In this document: positions 33,971 to 39,853 of the stretch, one piece after another
Layout of the letters: each line of letters starts with the position of its first letter
How positions within the stretch are numbered: position 1 is the stretch's first letter
DNA from: Chiloscyllium plagiosum
Lineage: Eukaryota
Direction: 5' to 3'
Assembly (NCBI RefSeq): GCF_004010195.1
Contig: NW_025214154.1
Coordinates: forward strand, 1 to 39,853
DNA: 39,853 nt
Program-made: the position numbers and the translations under genes
The notes under the pieces: generated by a model
Seen by the model: the letters and a program-made list of their open reading frames with translations, nothing else
Database searches by the model: none
Told to the model about the DNA's origin: nothing

Positions 33971-36900
33971 AATTGAGGTCTATGGTAATTCTAATTCTGA
34001 GTTAGCTGACACCGTCTGTGAGATTTGCCACTTTCTTTTTAGCTACAGTTGGTGAGTGCAACTTGTTGACCTAAGAAAAACAAAACTCATTTTGACAACA
34101 ACTGGGTGTATTCTAATTTAACAATTAAATGTTTTTCTTGTGGTTGAAATGGCATCTATTTACTTCAAGCTTTAATATCACAAAACAGATTCAAGATTCC
34201 AGACATTTTTAAATACATTCCTTAGTGTCGCTGGCTAGGCCAACATTTCTTACTCAACTCCAATTGCTGAGAGGGCATTTAAGAGTCAACACATTTTTGT
34301 AGGTCTGTCATCACGCATAGGTCAGACTAGGTAAGGACAGCAGATTTCCTTCCCTCAAGAGCATTAGGGAACCAAATGAGTTTTTGTGACAGTTGAGAAT
34401 GATTACACAGTTACCATCAGACTAACTTTTTAAATTTTACTCTATTTTAGTTAACTTTTTAAAAATATACTCAGTGTCAAAAAGTTCTGCCTCTGTGGGG
34501 TAGAGAATTTTAACAAATTTTCCATTTATAATCCTGGGTCAATTCCCAGTGGAAGATTTGGAAATTCTGCTGAGATTGGTGAAAGGAGGGACCATATGTT
34601 CCTATTGATTCTTAATTGAGTATTGCTCAGTTCAAACGATGCATTTTTGCACAAAATTTCTGATGCTGTGTTTGCACTGCTTAATTCAAATTATTGAATA
34701 TGTAGTGCAAACAAGACTTGGAATTATCAAAAGTACACTACAATAACAACTACTTTATAAAACAAAAAAATAACTGTTATTTTATGCAGCAGTCTTTTCT
34801 GTTTGTGCTCCTTGTGTTTGGATGTCAGTGTTTGAATGTCAGTCAGTGAATAAATCCTTTCTAAGTGCTGCTGTTTCAATATGAAGCTGGGCAGCAGGTT
34901 CTTATTAGCATTGCTGTGGCTGAAGCCTTATTGCATTATAGATTGAAGGTCATAGTAATGTACTCCACTAAAATGCAACTGTTGTAATACTAATAATTTG
35001 GATGATACAGTCATAGTATTAGGTTTTCTTGGATGGAATGGTGCATGGACACTATATGTGGTTAAAATAGCATTGTCTTTTTAATAGCCCTGGATAGGAT
35101 ACAAGAAACAGCTTAGTATCTGATTTATCTCTTCCTCTGCCTGTCTCTCATTTTCTTTATCTCTCTTTTGCCTGTACTATTTTTTTTCAGAATTTTCTTC
35201 TCCTGTTAAGCTGTAAAGATGTGTTCTTACTAACATTTGTTTCACTTGGATTGTCGAAGACTATAGTCCAGACTGTAACTGTTTCCACTGCTGAATTTGG
35301 CTTTGTGTTTTGTTCCTGAAGCAGTAATGTGGTCTTCTAATAAAAAAATCTCAAGTGAGTCCTACTGCTGTTAGCATTAGAGAACTGTACTTGATAATGT
35401 AAACATGTCAGTGTAAAATACTTTTAATATTCTCCCTTTACCGAACGTCATCACAATGTTGACATTAAGACTCATTGCATAACTTTGTGTTTTAGCTAGC
35501 ACTTTTCCAGAACCACAAAATTATGGGATTCATTTTTACCACCACTGCCTGTCTGTTGACCAGACATAGTGAATGGCCTACATATAGTAGAACGTCCCTG
35601 GCTGTCATCTTGCTGAAGTACAAAATGTATAACATCAACAAGGAGGAAAAGACTAGCTGGCCCATCAATACTGTACTACATCATGATATAGTGTCATGAA
35701 TAAATTAATCCTTCCCATCCCACACTCCATGTGCTGCATGCTTCCAACAAATGTACTGTATATTGTGAAGATGAAGAGTATTGAGGTACTTCATAGTAGA
35801 ACAGAGAAAAAAATAGAGAATAGAGAGAAAAAAAATATATTGTACATTTTGTAATATCCAATTTGAAATGTTTTACCCTTGGCTGTGCACCTATTTTGGA
35901 ATGTATTTTGTAAATATTAAGATCATTACATTCATAATAAGTGGAACATGCAGTATACAGGCAAGTTGAAATGTTGGAATGTTTTGTATTTTCTTTAAAA
36001 AATTTATAAATGAAGTTTTTTGGAAAAAAAGAGCAACACTGATGGTCTTAGGATACCAATCTTCTGAATAAATGAACTAAAAATCAAATTCTACAAAGAT
36101 GAGACAGGGGCATTGGTGTCCTGGATTCATGCCTAAGGCGTAAATTCCCTCAGTTCTTCCTTCTTAGTTTTGATAGTCATTCTTGCAAAATGCCAACCCT
36201 CAGTGTCCCCCAATCACTACTACGTACCTGCTTTATCTCATTTGTGTTATAGACCTTGACACTTGATGTAATGTTAAATGAGGGAAGTATACCCAGGAGT
36301 GTTTATTATCGAAACATTCCTGCTAACCCATTAGTCCAAATGAATGGTCTGACACCTGTGGCTTTGAATGATTAAGTGCTAATGAAGTTCATTCAAAAAC
36401 AACAAAAAAAATCACTAGCTGTTTAACGAACGTGGCCTCAGCATTAATGACTGCTGATTCAGAAGCTGTTGTTTGACTGGCATTGCTCGTAAAGGTATAA
36501 ATTTGGTTCTTCGTGTTACTAAATGATTCAGTTGGACAACAGTACAGACGAGGAGACTAAAGTTAATGCAAAACTGCTGTTAACACGAGTTTGTCCAGAG
36601 ACCAGAGGGAGTTAAAGGAATTGAATTGAGCTCAACAGTGTTTATCTTATCCCAACAAAATGATGTAACCAATGCATACAACTCAAATCGAATCAATGTC
36701 TTACAGCCAAATCCTTCTTTTGTTGAAGAACTCTGAAAAGTACTGCAGCACGCTTTGGCTATTCCTAAAACATTCCATGAATCTTAAAAGCAAAGTATTT
36801 CTGATGGTGTTGACATGATGGGAGTTCAGATCAGATGTCAGATTCTTTATTTTTGAGCCTGCTGATTCACAATCCAATGTGGTTCATCTAATTTTACGAA

Positions 36901-37619
36901 ACGTTTGAAAAATAGAGGTGAAGTTTCTTCGGGTTTAATGCTGAAGAATTGTAGCCCGATCCAATTCCAGTTCCTGTGGTTGAAACAGAACAGGTTAACT
37001 TTTTAGAGTTCCAAACTTGCATGTTTCTCAGGTGCTGAAAGAAAATCTTCCTGGTGAATTCAGACTGGGTCTCCACCCCTGGACCCTGCTACAAGGAGTA
37101 ACAAGTTCCTTGCATACTGTAAGAATCTGCAACCTTTTCAAACTGTCTTTACATTCCAACACTGGGTTACTGATGAAAAAGTGAGGTACCAATTTGACAC
37201 AAACTGATTTTGTAATTGCAAAAACTGAGAGGGCCAAGATTTTTCATCATCTAATGTATTCTACACTTTTAAAAAGGCCAGTTTAAAAAACATACTTCTC
37301 AGCATCAGAGCTTGAAAATAAAGGGTCTGTTGCAATTTGTAGATTATGATTTATTTGGGGAGAACCTTCGAGCCTATTTTTGACAAGACTTGGCTATGAT
37401 TCACTGTTATCTCTTCAAATACCAGTGACCATGACTGTCGGTGAAGGGGGGTGATGTCACGCCAGTAGCATGTTGCACAGAAAGCCTATGTGCTTCTAAC
37501 TGCCTTTAGCTTTTGATGAAACTAGTTGCTTTTCTGGGGGTGTGCGAATAGGTAGAAACAAACAAGGGCACATACCTCCCAGAAATAGGTAAAGGGAGAT
37601 TGTAAGCCACCACTGGGTA

Positions 37620-37905
37620 AACAAAACTTGCATTTATATATTTCACAGTCTCAGGGCATTTTGCAGCCCATGAATTGTTTTTAAAGTGTAATCACTGTGT
37701 TAATATAGGAAGCACAGCATGCGCACAGCAAGATTACACAAACAACAATGTGATAAGGAACAGAGAATCTGTTTCTTTTTGGTGATAATGACTGAAGGAT
37801 AAAGAATAGCCTGCACAAGTGATAACTCTTTTAGTCATCAATATAGTGACATGGTTCACCTAAGAGGGCAGAACTAACCTTGGTTTAATGTCTCCTCTGA
37901 AAGAT
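37620..37905 (-). mobile_element. DeuSINE-like relic
   Basis: acttgcatttatat...aagtgtaatcactgt...gcgcacagcaagat...ccttggtttaatgtctc. Confidence 0.65.
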
Positions 37906-38964
37906 CCACGAAACAAAATACTACAGAGGAACTAATTTTCTTATTCTGACACACAGCTGTCTATAAATCTGCCTTAGTCCTTTTGATTTTGTTTGCCACT
38001 CCTTTTAAATCTGATAAACAACTAAGCATTTTAAGTAGTGATTAATGGCTGTAGAACTAAAAACTAAAGATGGGGAATACTTCTCTCTAGGGTTTACATA
38101 GGTCTAAGAGTGATGGGTATTTGGCCTCTCAGGCCTGACCTACTATGCAGTTAAATCGTGGCTATTCTGTACCTTAACTTCATTTTCCCAGCTTGGGTCT
38201 GTAACTCTTAATAATCTTGCCTCACAACCATCTATCAATCTCAATAGTGAAGTTTTCATTTGATTAAGGCATTTTAGATCAAAAAGAGTTTGCAGATTTT
38301 CATTAGCTACTTTTAGCTGTTTAATTTTATTGGGATGAATTGGAGAGTTTTTCTGGTGGTTGATTCAAGAGCCACAAATAGCACAGGAGATCTGAATTAA
38401 GATGGTCGGCAATGTCTGTTTGGTTTGCCTGCTGAGATGATTGGCTCAAAGCCTGCTATTCTTGTTCACATTCAGCTCTTCGCATTCTATCCATCATGTC
38501 CAAGGAGCAACATGTTTGTTATTTGTACAGAAAATCAGATGGAATCAACCATTTTATTATTCGTTATTTATCTGTTTGACAAGTCAGGTGGTTGACTCTC
38601 GCTATTAAAAAACTGTTGCACCTTCAATTTCTTCCAGTAACTTGACTCCATGAGTGTTTAAGACAGCCTTGTTTATGTCGGTTTCTGAGATGGTCTACAG
38701 ACAGTTGAATGACAGGGAAGTTTTTGAAATTCAGTGTTGATTAATAACAAGACTATTTTTGACAGGCACGTGCACTTATGACTAATTATTGCTGCTTTCA
38801 GTTACCATAAGCCCATTTAAGATAAATAGCATATTTTTAACCAGTTCCCTCTGTGTTTGAGAACTTTTGTTTTCAACCATGAGGTGAGAAAATACTGTTA
38901 AACTTGCTTATGTTTTTAATTATTAAGTGCAGGTTTAGCTTTGGTTCAGTGAGAAATAATTACA

Positions 38965-39853
38965 CATAGAGTCAGAGGGCTGGACAGCACAGAAACAGAT
39001 CTTTTGGTCCAATTCGTCCATGTCGACCAGGTATCCTAAAGTAATCCAGTCCCATATGCCAGCATTTGGTCCATATCCCTCTAAATCCTTCCCAATCATT
39101 TACCTATCCTGATGTATTTTAAATGTTGTAATTGTACCGGACTTCACCACTTCATCTGGCAGTTTATTCCATACATGCACCACCCACTGCATGAAAAAGT
39201 TGTCCCTTTGTCCCCTTCTAAATCTTTCCCCTCTCATCTTAAACCTATGGCTTCTTGTTTTGGACTCCCCCACCCCAGGAAAAAGACCTTGACTATTCAC
39301 CCTATCCATGCCCCTCATGATTTTATAAACTTCTATTGTGTCACCCCTCAACCTCCAACACTCCAGGGAAAATAGCCCTAGTCTATTCAGCCTCTCCGTA
39401 TAGCTCAAACCCTCCAACCATGGCAACATCCTTGTAAATCTGTTCTGAATCCTTTCAAGTTTAACAACATCTTTCCTAAAGCAAGGCGACCAGAATTGGA
39501 AGCAGTATTCCAAAAGTCATCTAATCAATATCCTGTATAGCTGCAACATGACCTCCCAACTCCTATACTCAATGTACTGACCAATAAAGGCAAGCGTGCC
39601 AAATGCCTTCCTTCACTCTCCTGTCTACCTGCAGTTCCACTTTCAAGGAACCTGACTCCAAGGTTTCCTTGTTTGGCAACACTCCCCAGGACAATAGCAT
39701 TAAGTGTATAAGTCCTGCCCTGATTTGCCCTACCAAAATGTAGCACCTCAGATTTATCTAGATCAAACTCCATCTGCCACTCCTCAGCCCATCGGACTAG
39801 CTGATCAATGTCCTGCTGTACTTTACGGTAACCTTCTTTGCTGTCCATAACAC
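38965..39853 (-). mobile_element. CR1/HER1 LINE ORF2 C-terminus and 3' end, running off the window
   Basis: QQDIDQLVRWAEEWQMEFDLDKSEVLHFG and EYCFQFWSP...LERIQNRFTRMLP...LGLFSLE...LRGD translations; catagagtcagag tail. Confidence 0.92.

Noticed and set aside
35830..36030. Possible degenerate L1/Tx1 3'UTR with A-tail
   Set aside because: AT-rich resemblance to 5520-5600 is too weak to call by eye.
36941..36970. CTGAAGA followed by a small hairpin (hammerhead-like)
   Set aside because: No GAAA after the stem and no PLE flanks.
24552..37237. Numerous 60-110 aa ORFs in the ORF track
   Set aside because: No recognisable domains, many non-ATG starts and compositions typical of random non-coding frames.

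Overview
Repeat-rich vertebrate genomic DNA, almost certainly from a cartilaginous fish (shark-like; it carries an HE1-type V-SINE, HER1/CR1 LINE ends and SacSINE1/DeuSINE-like repeats). Family names come from recalled consensus sequences, not database searches. (1) 1-5600 is a decayed Tx1-clade (L1 group) non-LTR retrotransposon with a chimeric, duplicated ORF1. Inside its ORF2 sits an inverted, poly(A)-tailed relative in which the ORF1 end joins directly to the 3'UTR, i.e. an ORF2-less, HAL1-like Tx1 derivative. (2) Penelope-like element (PLE) pieces are spread through the window. One at 10656-12361 has RT and C-terminal remnants, inverted pseudo-LTRs and a 15-bp target-site duplication (TSD). 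Several are short fold-back insertions with 12-15 bp TSDs. Six copies carry a minimal hammerhead-ribozyme motif (CUGANGA-stem II-GAAA), some with core mutations, and stem II shows covariation. (3) There are many CR1 and SINE relics, a SINE-derived ~55-bp minisatellite and a 124-bp tandem duplication. (4) A CpG-rich, TE-free promoter-like region at ~19.9-23.3 kb contains a candidate 18-codon first coding exon of an unidentified host gene. A second TE-poor, enhancer-like block lies at ~27.4-32.8 kb. No intact protein-coding gene is recognisable.
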